Part shown: positions 38,979-48,614 of the stretch, piece after piece
Position numbering within the stretch: the stretch's first letter is position 1
Layout of the letters: each line of letters begins with the position of its first letter
Assembly (NCBI GenBank): GCA_963778655.1
Contig: CAVZVA010000010.1
Location: 64,001-128,000, forward strand
From: an uncultured delta proteobacterium
GTDB lineage: Bacteria; Myxococcota_A; Polyangia; Polyangiales; JAFGIB01
Length of the DNA: 64,000 nucleotides
Direction of reading: 5' to 3'
The notes under the pieces: generated by a model
Database searches by the model: none
Seen by the model: the letters and a program-made list of their open reading frames with translations, nothing else
Told to the model about the DNA's origin: nothing
Program-made: the position numbers and the translations under genes

Positions 38979-40033
38979 AAGGGCTTGTCCGTGAAGATCA
39001 GCAGCCGCGCACTCGCCGAATCCACGACGTAGACGTTTCCATCCGCGTCGGCCACGGCGTTGCGAGCGTGCTCCCCCGTCGCGCCGGTTGCTACGACCGA
39101 AAGCTGGCCATTGTCCTCGACGCGAACCAAGGTCAAGCGCTGCGCCTTCGCAGCGGCAACGTACAGCAGCCTCTTCGACGCATCGTACGCGATGTCGTCC
39201 ACACCATCGCCGGTGTCGAGCTTGGCGAGCGTCGCGCCGTCATGCGCGCCGTCCAAGACGCGCACACCATCGGAGCACGCCACGAACACGAAGTTGCTCG
39301 CCGCATCGACCGCGACCCCGTGCGGCTCCCCACCGCCGCAACCGGAGCTCCAGGTCGCCTTGATCGCGTGGGATTCGAGCTCGATGGCCAGGGTCTGATT
39401 CTTGTCCTCCAGGTTCGTGTAGAACAAACCGTGCTCGGCATCGAGCGCGGAGCCTTCCACGGATCCAGGCGCCTTGATCTCCAGCTTCGCCTTCAACACG
39501 GCAGGCGCGCTCGCATCGAGCACCGTGAGGGATTGAGCTTTCGGCGTCGTGACCCAAACTTCCTTGGCCGACGACACGTAGGAAACGAAATCGGGTGGGG
39601 ACGAGAGCTTCAAGCACGAGCCGAGCTTCAGCGACGCTTCGTCGATGGCGCACACCTCGTCCGTCGAGCGGGTGCCCACATAGGCGAAGCCGTCACCGAT
39701 CGTCACCGAGCTCGGTCCCATCGCACGCATGTGTCCGTGTATCTCGCGCTGTTCCGTCTTGAAGCCGTCGACGCGTTGGAACGTGCCGTCCCGGATGTCG
39801 AACACGTCGACACTGCCGGTATCTCCGACGGGAACCCAAACGCGTCGGTGAGCGCGATCGCAGGCGATCAGGTCGAGCGACACCGGGCCCACGGCACCGG
39901 GAAGCCCCACGCTCTGGACACTGAGTTCCCGCGGCGCGGACGATGCTGCGCCAACCACCGCCGCCGGCGCGCGCGGCGCGGACTGACAAGCGGACAAGAC
40001 CACCATCAAGACGCTTCCAGCTGGAAATCGCAC
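38975..40033 (-). CDS. YncE-like beta-propeller lipoprotein
   Basis: LSAC lipobox; repeated blades (PHGVAVD, GDGVDDIAYD, GARNAV-like). Start uncertain. Confidence 0.8.
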   Translation of the reverse strand: MRFPAGSVLMVVLSACQSAPRAPAAVVGAASSAPRELSVQSVGLPGAVGPVSLDLIACDRAHRRVWVPVGDTGSVDVFDIRDGTFQRVDGFKTEQREIHGHMRAMGPSSVTIGDGFAYVGTRSTDEVCAIDEASLKLGSCLKLSSPPDFVSYVSSAKEVWVTTPKAQSLTVLDASAPAVLKAKLEIKAPGSVEGSALDAEHGLFYTNLEDKNQTLAIELESHAIKATWSSGCGGGEPHGVAVDAASNFVFVACSDGVRVLDGAHDGATLAKLDTGDGVDDIAYDASKRLLYVAAAKAQRLTLVRVEDNGQLSVVATGATGEHARNAVADADGNVYVVDSASARLLIFTDKPL

Positions 40034-40084
40034 GCGGGCAGAGTACGACGTTAGCAGTTCGTTGGCCAAGCCTTGACGGGTGCG

Positions 40085-40150
40085 CTGGAGGTGTCGAATC
40101 GTCGTGCGTCCGACGAAGCAACCGAGCTCCTTGAGCGCACCGTAGATCCA
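40085..40150 (-). mobile_element. Very small remnant of an rve-type transposase HTH region
   Basis: IYGALKELGCFVGRTTIRHL resembles the 'RI.GAL..LG..V.RTTI..IL' segment of integrase-core IS transposases. Confidence 0.45.
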
Positions 40151-40314
40151 CGCAATCCTTGCAACGCTGCCGATAGTCGCGCCGGAAGCGCGGTGTGCTG
40201 GTAGCGCACGTCCCGATCGCGAGCTATGCCGAAGAAACCCTGCGAGCGCGGCCTGATTCAGCGGATCCTTTGTTGTCGGCACGATTGTTGCTGCTTTGCC
40301 GCGTGGGAAGTCCG

Positions 40315-41679
40315 ATGGCACGAGCACAGATTCTGATCTTGGTCGCCCTTGCCGCTTGCGGCGACACGAGGGTCAAGCCGGAAACTAGCGGCGGTGCATC
40401 GAACGCGGAAAGCCGGTCTGACGCAGGCACCGGCAGTCGTTTGGATGGTGGCAGGGCTTCCGGCGAGGTGTGCCACACCGATGCGAGCCAACGCTTGATT
40501 TGCGATCCTTCGAAGACGGCCGGCGTGGCGTGGGGACCGAGCATCACGGTTCGGCAAGGCACGGGTTCGCCGCCGGCGCCCGAAGGCGGAACGATCGTGC
40601 CCGGCGCGTACCAGCTCGTGGCCGAGACCTTGTACGGCAGTGTCCCAGAGAACTACGAATGGCCGCGACCCGGCGATAGCGTAAAGCGAATTCTGGGAGT
40701 CCACTGCGATATCGCCGAGGAGTTGGTCCAATCCACGAGTGCCAGCACGCGCCGCGGATTGGGCGCTTGGAACGCTTGCCACAGGCTCGTTCCGCAGTCG
40801 CTCACTCCGCTCGAAACCGGGAACTACTTTGACAGCGCAACGGGCCAACCGCTGTACCCCGAGTTGCAGGGTGCTGTCTCGTATACAGCCGGCCCCCAAT
40901 CGCTGCGCTTGATCGAGTTGTTCCCGTACATGGGTCGCGACGGAATTCTCGGCTCATATGCATCGCTCGAGGAGTATGTGCTCGTCACTGGAGCTGGCGT
41001 CGATGCTGCTGTCGCCACCGTCACAGACGCCAAACCGCCGGCTGCGCCCACCGAGCGCGATCCGCGTTGCCCCGCGGCGCCGCCGGCGATGGGTGATCCG
41101 TGCTCGCCCGATCCAGCTCCGCTCGAGTGCGAATACGGCGGCGATACGTTGCGGTACTGCACCACATTTGCCGAATGCATGCTCGACGTCCGCAGCGGCA
41201 ATTACAATTTCCACGTCGACCCGCCCGGCGATTGCACGCCGCCCAATCCGGCGGAATGTCCGGAGAGCTTTGCCGCGGCGCTGGCGCTCGAAGGCACGCG
41301 GCTCTCTCCGGCGCCCGCGCCGAGCGATGCCGGCGCGTACATCGACATCTGGTCGTACGGCGTGACCTGCAGCTACGCCGAGGGCGTGTGCGGATGCCGA
41401 CCCTCTCAGACTGGACTCTGCTCCGCTCCGGTCACTTGCACATGGAGCTGCCGCGCCGGCGCAGCGGTCGTAGACGAAGCAACCTCGACGCCGTGCCCTT
41501 GGCCAAGACCATTGGCGGGGGATCCGTGCCAGCCGGGCATGCAATGTGATTACCTCAGACGTTGTGGAGACAGAACCTCGCTTGGCCCGTCGATGACATG
41601 CCAGAACGGCTACTGGGCCCAGGATGACGGCACCGGCAGCTGCCCGGCGGATATCGCGTGCCCGACGATGACGCAGTAG
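40315..41679 (+). CDS. Cys-rich lipoprotein
   Basis: MARAQILILVALAAC; repeated CP..PP..GDPC....CEY modules. Confidence 0.75.
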   Translation: MARAQILILVALAACGDTRVKPETSGGASNAESRSDAGTGSRLDGGRASGEVCHTDASQRLICDPSKTAGVAWGPSITVRQGTGSPPAPEGGTIVPGAYQLVAETLYGSVPENYEWPRPGDSVKRILGVHCDIAEELVQSTSASTRRGLGAWNACHRLVPQSLTPLETGNYFDSATGQPLYPELQGAVSYTAGPQSLRLIELFPYMGRDGILGSYASLEEYVLVTGAGVDAAVATVTDAKPPAAPTERDPRCPAAPPAMGDPCSPDPAPLECEYGGDTLRYCTTFAECMLDVRSGNYNFHVDPPGDCTPPNPAECPESFAAALALEGTRLSPAPAPSDAGAYIDIWSYGVTCSYAEGVCGCRPSQTGLCSAPVTCTWSCRAGAAVVDEATSTPCPWPRPLAGDPCQPGMQCDYLRRCGDRTSLGPSMTCQNGYWAQDDGTGSCPADIACPTMTQ

Positions 41680-42059
41680 CCCTCGGCCAAGGAGCGGCGC
41701 CAGCTTGGAACGCAGGATGGTTGGTTTCGGCGCATCGTCCTTGGGCCTGGCTCGCCGCGCTCGCCTGCGACGCCGGGCGGACCGGCTCGCAGGGAGCGGC
41801 CGGCGGCAGGAGCCGCGATGTCTCCGCAAGCGTCTCGGACGGAAGGGATGCCGCGCGGCGCTGTGACAGCAAGAGTCAGCGCCGACATGCGGCAAAAGAG
41901 ATCGCCTGCCCGTCTCTTTCTTCGTCACAGTCATCGGCGAGTCGTCCCTGGCGCTCGGCCGTGGAACGCCAATAGAGGGCAGGTCCCGCGGAGCGACCAT
42001 GAATCACGAGTCGGCCATGATACCTGATACCACGCCATGAACGGCGCCGACGCTGCTGC

Positions 42060-42240
42060 GAAAAAGCGATCCACGGCGCGCGCCGCTGAGGTCCTCGAGC
42101 AGCAGGATGAACTCGCCGCTCGCCTCGTCCACTTCGGCGGCGCACGCCCTGGGCACGGGCAGCGCACGCTTGCCGCAAAGCTCGCCGTAGAAGCGCACCT
42201 CGTTCTGGTAGGAGTCGTGCTCGCGAGCAACCTCGCGCGC
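42060..42240 (-). pseudogene. Aminoglycoside/ecdysteroid kinase-like phosphotransferase fragment
   Basis: SYQNEVRFYGEL...LPVPRAC.AEVDEASGEFILLLEDLS; catalytic HxD and DxQ motifs absent. Confidence 0.65.
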
Positions 42241-42327
42241 GCCGGCGAAGTCAGGGTACTGCCCGACCCGAGACCTGGCCATAAGGGACTGGCCCATTGC
42301 ACCAAGGTCGCACTTGGGTCCGGCCTG

Positions 42328-42351
42328 TTGACAACTACCACACGCGTAGTA
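42328..42351 (+). promoter_or_regulatory. -35 box plus BlaI-type operator
   Basis: TTGACA at 42328 followed by TACCAC-ACGC-GTAGTA. Confidence 0.7.
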
Positions 42352-42362
42352 GGTATGGCCTC

Positions 42363-42758
42363 GTGGCTGCCAAGGACGGGTTCGGGCTGGGGCCGTTGGA
42401 GATGCAGGTGCTCGGCCTGCTCGAAGGTCACGAGCCGTTGAGCGTCTCGGCGCTTCAAGAGCGCCTGCTTCGATCCCACAACGATCTCGCCTACACCACG
42501 GTGATGACCGTGCTGTCGCGCCTACATGAAAAGGGCCTGGTCACGCGAAAGCGTGACGGCAAGCGCTATCTCTACGCCGTGGCGGGGCGCGCGTCCGAGC
42601 TCACCAGCGGCGTCGTGCAGCGCGTTCACCGCGCCCTTTTCAAGACCGCGCGTCTGGGTCCGATTGCCGCGTTGCTCGACGAGGACGAGCTTTCGACCGA
42701 TGAGCTGCGCGCGCTGCGGACGCTGGTCAACGCCAAGCTCAAGGAGCGCGGCCGATGA
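42363..42758 (+). CDS. BlaI/MecI/CopY family repressor
   Basis: LGPLEMQVL, LAYTTVMTVLSRLHEKGLVTRKRDGKRYLY, DELRALRTLV. Confidence 0.92.
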   Translation: MAAKDGFGLGPLEMQVLGLLEGHEPLSVSALQERLLRSHNDLAYTTVMTVLSRLHEKGLVTRKRDGKRYLYAVAGRASELTSGVVQRVHRALFKTARLGPIAALLDEDELSTDELRALRTLVNAKLKERGR

Positions 42759-43819
42759 ACGCGCTGGCGCCGATCGCTTTCAATCTGCTGGTCAACGCGA
42801 TCGGGTCATTCGTGCTCGCGCTCGGGCTGGTCTACGCCGCGTTGTGGTTGTTCCGCATCGGCCCCGGCACAGGCCGGCTCTCGCTGCTCTTGCTGCCGTG
42901 GCTGAAGGTGGTGTGGGATCTGAGCCACGGCATCCCGACCAATTCCTTCTTTTGGCTGAAGCTGCATGGCGCCGTGCAGAACCTCGGGTCTTTGCGGATA
43001 GGTTTCGGGGTGTCCGGTACCGGTCCCTGCATCCAGGCCGTGCTCGGCGGCCGCTTGGGCTCGACGTGGCATCCGCAGAGCGCAGCCGAGCTGCTCTCCA
43101 CCTTGCTTTCGCGCAAGCTCTCGCCCGCGGCGCCGCACGCAATCGCGTGTGGGTGGGTCGGCATCGCGCTGCTGCTATTGCTGGCGCGCGCTGTGGCAGC
43201 GGTGCGCTTTGCATTGCGCATGCGGCGCGTGCGAGCCGCGGCCAGCTTGGTCGAGGTACGGCGCAGCGGAGCGCGCGCTGTATGCGTCTACGTCAGCGGC
43301 GAGCACTGCGCCGTGCCGTTCGCCGCGGGCGTGCTCGAGCCGTACGTGATGTTCAGCCGCAGCGTGTACGACGCGCTCACTCCTGCCGCACGCGAAGCCG
43401 CGCTGCAGCACGAGCTGGCGCACGTGGCGCATCACGATGCCGCGCTGATCGCGCTGCTTCACGTGCTGTCCGACCTGCTGTGGTTCTTGCCTGGCCTGCG
43501 CCAGCTTCTCGCGCGCACGCGGGAAGAGATGGAGTTGCGGGCCGACGCGCGCGCAATCGCGCGCGGGGCTGCACCCGAGGCACTGGCGCATGCGCTGGTG
43601 TCGGTGGGCGAGATGCTGCATGCCCACGGTGCGCACGCCGGGCTCGGCCTGTTGCGCAGACGGCGCTTGCTCGCGCAGCGGGTCGAGCGCTTGGTCGGCG
43701 CAGGCACCGCCGACCCTGCGCCGCGCTTCGGCTACGGCGGCCGCGTCGGGCGCGTTCTGATCCTCGCATGCACGGTAGCACTCGTGCTGTCGTCACTGCT
43801 GCTCGGCAACCACGCCTGA
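42755..43819 (+). CDS. M56 family (BlaR1-like) membrane metallopeptidase without a sensor domain
   Basis: ATGA overlap; PFAAGVLEP, ALQHELAHVAHHD, LWFLPG, EMELRADA. Confidence 0.9.
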   Translation: MNALAPIAFNLLVNAIGSFVLALGLVYAALWLFRIGPGTGRLSLLLLPWLKVVWDLSHGIPTNSFFWLKLHGAVQNLGSLRIGFGVSGTGPCIQAVLGGRLGSTWHPQSAAELLSTLLSRKLSPAAPHAIACGWVGIALLLLLARAVAAVRFALRMRRVRAAASLVEVRRSGARAVCVYVSGEHCAVPFAAGVLEPYVMFSRSVYDALTPAAREAALQHELAHVAHHDAALIALLHVLSDLLWFLPGLRQLLARTREEMELRADARAIARGAAPEALAHALVSVGEMLHAHGAHAGLGLLRRRRLLAQRVERLVGAGTADPAPRFGYGGRVGRVLILACTVALVLSSLLLGNHA

Positions 43820-43872
43820 CCTGAGCGGAGGCCGCGATGGTGCGACTTCCTCAGCTCGCTTTTGGACGCATC

Positions 43873-43888
43873 TACTACCTATGTAGTA
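43873..43888. promoter_or_regulatory. Second BlaI-type operator
   Basis: TACTAC-CTAT-GTAGTA, same geometry as 42336-42351. Confidence 0.7.
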
Positions 43889-43952
43889 AAAAAGACGGAA
43901 GAATCCGATGCACCGAGACCATCCATCCTGTGCCGTCGCTTGCCGACAGCGT

Positions 43953-44411
43953 ATGCAGCCGGCGGAGTCGGAACCGACTCGCGTCTGCGCTACTGCCACG
44001 AGCTTGCGCTTGCTCGCGGCGGCTCTCGCGCTCGCGCCGCTCGGCTGTGCCGCGCATTCGCCGCCCGCAGAGCGCGTCCGCTACGCGACCCTGCAACACG
44101 CGCCCCAACGCGGCCGCCTCAGGCTTCCGGTGATCTTGGAGTTCCAGCCCGGTGATCGCCTGGCGGTCGCGCTCAGCTTCAATGGCCAGATGTTCCGGCT
44201 CGAGCCGAGCGAGCCACCGCTCGAGCTGGTCGCCACACGTCACTGCTACGTGCGCATCGACCAGGACGGCTTCCGCACCAGCTTCGACGGCCGTGACTTC
44301 GACGCCAAGCCCGAGGCTCCCGGACGTTTCTTCGCCGGCTTCTCGAACACGCGGGATGGGACCCGCTTCGTGGTCACGGTGACCTCCCCCCGTCGGCGCG
44401 AGCCGAAGTGA
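43953..44411 (+). CDS. Hypothetical lipoprotein
   Basis: LLAAALALAPLGC lipobox; compact beta domain. Start uncertain. Confidence 0.65.
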   Translation: MQPAESEPTRVCATATSLRLLAAALALAPLGCAAHSPPAERVRYATLQHAPQRGRLRLPVILEFQPGDRLAVALSFNGQMFRLEPSEPPLELVATRHCYVRIDQDGFRTSFDGRDFDAKPEAPGRFFAGFSNTRDGTRFVVTVTSPRRREPK

Positions 44412-44539
44412 GAGCACGCCGACACCTGATCGCGGAAAGGTCGAGTCCAGCGCGGGCGTAGCGCGCTGCAGCGTTGCACCGTCGCCCTCGCACCCGGCCT
44501 CCCCTTGGCGTCGTGCCCCATGGGCCCCACAGTCACCTC

Positions 44540-46006
44540 ATGCCCTTCGCGTTCGACCACAGCTACGCACGGCTACCGGAGCGCTTCTATGCGCGTGTCC
44601 GCCCCACGCCGGTGTCCGACCCCCGGCTGCTCGCCTACAACGCGCCCCTGGCGCACCTGCTCGGGCTCAGGGGCGAGGAGCTCTCTGCCGTCGACCGGGT
44701 GCAGGCGCTCGCAGGCAACCAGCTGCCCGAGGGCGCCGAGCCACTCGCGCTCGCCTATGCGGGCCACCAGTTCGGCGGCTTCGTGCCGCAGCTCGGGGAC
44801 GGCCGCGCGATCCTGCTGGGCGAAGTGGTAGGCCGCGACGGCGTGCGCCGCGACCTCCAGCTGAAAGGCGCGGGCCGAACACCCTTCTCGCGCGGCGGTG
44901 ACGGCCGCGCGGCGCTGGGCCCGGTGCTGCGCGAGTACCTGGTGAGCGAGGCGATGGCGGCGCTCGGCGTCCCCACCACGCGCGCGCTCGCGGCGGTCGC
45001 CACGGGCGACTGGGTGCATCGCGAGCAGCCGCTGCCCGGAGCGGTTCTCACGCGCGTGGCGAGCAGCCACCTGCGCGTCGGAAGCTTCGAGTACTTCGCC
45101 GCGCGCGACGACCACGACGCGCTCGCGCGGCTCACCGACTACGCGCTCGCGCGCCACTATCCCGACGCCCCACGCCCGCACGGCGCCGCGCTTGCGCTGC
45201 TCGACTCGGTGATGAACGCGCAGGCCCGGCTCGTCGCGCGCTGGCTCGCGCTCGGCTTCGTCCACGGAGTGATGAACACCGACAACACCTCGATCGCCGG
45301 CGAGACGCTCGACTACGGTCCCTGCGCGTTCCTCGACGCGTTCGACCCCACGCGGACCTTCAGCTCGATCGACGAGGGCGGCCGCTACGCGTTCGGCAAT
45401 CAGCCGCGCATCGCGCTGTGGAACCTCGCTCGCCTCGGCGAAGCGCTGCTGCCGCTGATCGACACCCAGCAGACGCGCGCGATCGAGGCCGCGACCGCCG
45501 TGCTCGACGGCTTTCCGGCGCGCTTCGAGGCCGCCTACGCGGCGCTGCAGCGAAAGAAGCTCGGTCTCCGCAACGAGCAGAGCGGCGACGACGCGCTCGC
45601 GCAGGGACTGCTGTCGTGCATGGCGGAGCAGCGCGCCGACTACACGCTGTGCTTCCGCCGCCTCGCCGACGTCGCCGGCGGTGCCGACCCGGCGCTGCTC
45701 GCCACGCTGTTCGCCGACGACACGGGCTTGACGCGCTGGCTCGCAAGCTGGCACGCGCGACTGCGCGACGAGCCCGGCACGCGGGGCGAGCGCGCGGCGG
45801 CGATGCGTGCGGCGAGCCCGGCGTTCATCCCACGCAACCACCGCGTCGAGCAGATGATCGCGGCCGCGCTCGCGGGCGATCTCGGCCCCTTCGAGCACCT
45901 GCAGCGCGTGCTCTCGCGCCCCTACGAAGATCAGCCCGACGCCGCCGATCTGGCCGAGCCCCCGGGCGAGGAGCAGTGGCACTACCGCACGTTCTGCGGG
46001 ACCTAA
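44540..46006 (+). CDS. selO: Protein adenylyltransferase SelO (YdiU)
   Basis: YAGHQFG, LGDGRA, QLKGAGRTPFSRGGDGRA, GFVHGVMNTDN, PRNHRVE, C-terminal TFCGT. Confidence 0.95.
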   Translation: MPFAFDHSYARLPERFYARVRPTPVSDPRLLAYNAPLAHLLGLRGEELSAVDRVQALAGNQLPEGAEPLALAYAGHQFGGFVPQLGDGRAILLGEVVGRDGVRRDLQLKGAGRTPFSRGGDGRAALGPVLREYLVSEAMAALGVPTTRALAAVATGDWVHREQPLPGAVLTRVASSHLRVGSFEYFAARDDHDALARLTDYALARHYPDAPRPHGAALALLDSVMNAQARLVARWLALGFVHGVMNTDNTSIAGETLDYGPCAFLDAFDPTRTFSSIDEGGRYAFGNQPRIALWNLARLGEALLPLIDTQQTRAIEAATAVLDGFPARFEAAYAALQRKKLGLRNEQSGDDALAQGLLSCMAEQRADYTLCFRRLADVAGGADPALLATLFADDTGLTRWLASWHARLRDEPGTRGERAAAMRAASPAFIPRNHRVEQMIAAALAGDLGPFEHLQRVLSRPYEDQPDAADLAEPPGEEQWHYRTFCGT

Positions 46007-46061
46007 ATCAGAGCTCGCGATTCGGGATCGAAGCACAAACTCTGATTTCTGCTTTGATTGT

Positions 46062-46084
46062 CAGGGAGTCGCGCCGACTCCCTG
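46062..46084. terminator. Hairpin downstream of selO
   Basis: CAGGGAGTCG-CGC-CGACTCCCTG, perfect 10-bp stem. Confidence 0.45.
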
Positions 46085-46373
46085 TGCGCGAGCCAAAGCC
46101 TCGCGCATTCACCCTCTCGCGGTGGTGCCGCATCCGCCGCACCGCTAAATGACCGATCGGCGCGCAGCGACAGCGCCTCGACCAGGACCAAAGGAGGAGG
46201 CGCCGGTGGCGGAAATCGACGGCGCTCGCTCGAGCCCGCCGACTCACGACAATCAGAGACACCGGCGCCACTCAAGCCGGATCGAGGCTGACAATTCTAC
46301 GGAATCGTGTCATGACCTCGGTGCGATGAAGGAAGCGGCCCGGAAGCCCGGCGGCGCGCGAGGAGGCGATGAC

Positions 46374-47615
46374 ATGTCCGCGATGGGTAGTGTCTCGAAA
46401 CCCGTGAAGATCCCCGCGCAGAACGTCGCTCGAATGCGCGAGTTCCTGCAGCGGAGTGTCGAGGATGGCTACTTCGCGGGAGTTACGTCCTGCGCGGTAC
46501 AACACGGCGAGCTGCTGCAGCGCGACGCCTTCGGAATGCGCGACGTCGCGGACGGCCTCCCGATGACGACCGACACGATCTTTCGCATCGCCTCATCGAC
46601 CAAGCCGATCATCGCCGCCGCGATGCTTGCGCTCCACGAAGAGGGGCGCTGGAAGCTCGACGACCCGCTCGTGAAGTTCATTCCCGAATTCGCCGACCTC
46701 AAGGTGCGGCTGAAGGACGGATCGCTTGTCCCGCCGTCACAGCCGATGCTGATGCGCCACCTGATGAGCCACGGCATCGGCTTTTCACTCGCGGCTCGCC
46801 GCGCAGAAGGCGCCCAGGGGCCTGCGGCCGAAGGTGGCACGCCAACGGGACGGGCGCTGCTGAGTCGCATGCGCGGGGATCTTCAGACGCTCATCTCCAG
46901 CCTGAGCGACGAGCCGCTGCTGTTCCACCCAGGCAAGCGCTTCCTCTACGGCATGTGCTGCGACGTGCAGGGCTACGTCATCGAGAAGCTCTCCGGCCAG
47001 ACGCTCGATCGCTTCCTCGACGAGCGCATCTTCACGCCGCTCGGCATGCGCGACACCGGCTTCTGGGTCCCACGCGAGAAGTGCGACCGGATGGCTTCGC
47101 TGTACCAGTACGAGGGCGGCGCGCTCACCCTCGTCAACAAGCCCGACCCGGAGCGCTCTTCGCGGCGGCCGAGCTTCCTTTCCGGTGGCGGCGGGCTGTG
47201 GTCGACGCCCGACGACTACGAGCGCTTCTGTCGGATGCTGCTGGACGAGGGGGCGAGCCCTGGCGGACGCGTATTGCGGCCAGAGAGCGTGCGGCTGATG
47301 CGCAGCGACCTGCTCGAGCCGCAGGTCTACGTTCAGGTCGTGCGCGGCTACAAGCTTCCGGGCGCGCGCTTCGGCATGAACGTGTCGGTGATCACCGAGC
47401 CGCAGGGGGACAACACGATGTACGGCGAAAACAGCTACAGCTGGGGCGGCGCGTTCGGCACGTATTTCTGGATCGACCCGACCAATCAGCTGTTCGTCTC
47501 CGGCATGATGCAGATCATGAACGGCGGCTCCCAGCACCTTGGCGCCGAGGTCGAGTATCCGGACCTCAAGAAGGTCTCGGCGCAGCTGCTCTACCAGGGC
47601 GCCGAGCGCGCGTGA
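46374..47615 (+). CDS. Beta-lactamase-family serine hydrolase
   Basis: FRIASSTK (SxxK), LMSHGIG, PGKRFLYG, PLGMRDTGF, SGGGGLWST, WGGAFGTYFWIDP; AGGAGG RBS. Confidence 0.9.
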   Translation: MSAMGSVSKPVKIPAQNVARMREFLQRSVEDGYFAGVTSCAVQHGELLQRDAFGMRDVADGLPMTTDTIFRIASSTKPIIAAAMLALHEEGRWKLDDPLVKFIPEFADLKVRLKDGSLVPPSQPMLMRHLMSHGIGFSLAARRAEGAQGPAAEGGTPTGRALLSRMRGDLQTLISSLSDEPLLFHPGKRFLYGMCCDVQGYVIEKLSGQTLDRFLDERIFTPLGMRDTGFWVPREKCDRMASLYQYEGGALTLVNKPDPERSSRRPSFLSGGGGLWSTPDDYERFCRMLLDEGASPGGRVLRPESVRLMRSDLLEPQVYVQVVRGYKLPGARFGMNVSVITEPQGDNTMYGENSYSWGGAFGTYFWIDPTNQLFVSGMMQIMNGGSQHLGAEVEYPDLKKVSAQLLYQGAERA

Positions 47616-47685
47616 GCCAGCGGGACCGGGATAGTGACGGGACCGCACGGCGCACGGACGCGCTCGCTCGTGTTATGTCAGGGGC

Positions 47686-48453
47686 ATGACCGAATACCGC
47701 GTGCAAGTCGCAGACGGCGTGAGCCTGCGGGCCGCGCTGGACGGCAACCCGGACAGCCCGCCGCTCGCGCTCGTCAACGGCGCGTTCTTGAACCTGCATT
47801 CGTGGACCCCAGTGATCGAGGCTCTCAGCGCGCGCTTCCGCGTGCTGCGCCACGACTGGCGCGGCACGGGCGCTTCCGACAAGGGCCCGCGTGCAAGCTA
47901 CGGCTTTCCACAATACGCCGACGACCTGCTCGCGCTGCTCGGTCACTTCGGCATGAAGCGGCCGCTCGTGTGTGGCATGGCCTACGGCGCGCGCACGGCG
48001 GCGCGCTTCGCGCTGCGGCACCCGGAACGCTTGTCCTTGCTCGCACTCTACGACGTCTCGCTCGATCAGCCGGTCGACCAAGCGCTGCAGGCCAGGGGCA
48101 ATCAGGAGGCGTACCGCCTGCGCGAGCAGGCCGGGCTCGTCTCGCCACGCAGCGACCCCGCATGGCGAGAACACGCCGACCCGCGCGAAGCGCTGCGCAC
48201 GATGACGGCCCACCGCGATCAGCCGGACCCGACGCCCGAGCTCGCGCAGGTCACGCAGCCCACGCTCGTCGCATGCGGCCGCCAGGACGTCAACCTCGGC
48301 GAGGCCCAACGCATCGCGTCCATCTTGCCGCACGCCGAGCTGCGCATCATGGAGATGACCGGCCACGGCTCGGTGCTGAGCCGACCCGACCTCCTCGTCG
48401 AGCTGCTCGTAGACTTCGCGGAGCGGCACGGGTACCTGGCGGCTCCACGCTAG
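47686..48453 (+). CDS. Alpha/beta hydrolase-fold protein (PcaD-like) with Ala at the nucleophile position
   Basis: RHDWRGTGAS, GMAYG elbow, PTLVACGRQD, TGHGS. Confidence 0.8.
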   Translation: MTEYRVQVADGVSLRAALDGNPDSPPLALVNGAFLNLHSWTPVIEALSARFRVLRHDWRGTGASDKGPRASYGFPQYADDLLALLGHFGMKRPLVCGMAYGARTAARFALRHPERLSLLALYDVSLDQPVDQALQARGNQEAYRLREQAGLVSPRSDPAWREHADPREALRTMTAHRDQPDPTPELAQVTQPTLVACGRQDVNLGEAQRIASILPHAELRIMEMTGHGSVLSRPDLLVELLVDFAERHGYLAAPR

Positions 48454-48614
48454 CCTGCTCGGCCGCTTGCTCCTTCGCCGCGTACCGGCTAGCCGCGGTT
48501 GGCACGGGGTGCGGTCGTGCTCGCCGACACACTCAGCGGGCTCTTTCCGGCATCGCAACGCTCGCAATATTGCGAGCTCGCACTTAGCATCACGGGTGAG
48601 CGAGGAGGCGTAGC

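Noticed and set aside
44540..46006. Selenoprotein recoding in SelO
   Set aside because: The C-terminus is TFCGT followed by TAA, with no in-frame TGA
46374..47615. BlaI-controlled true beta-lactamase
   Set aside because: Its motifs fit the broad esterase-like serine hydrolase group; no signal peptide and no operator copy upstream
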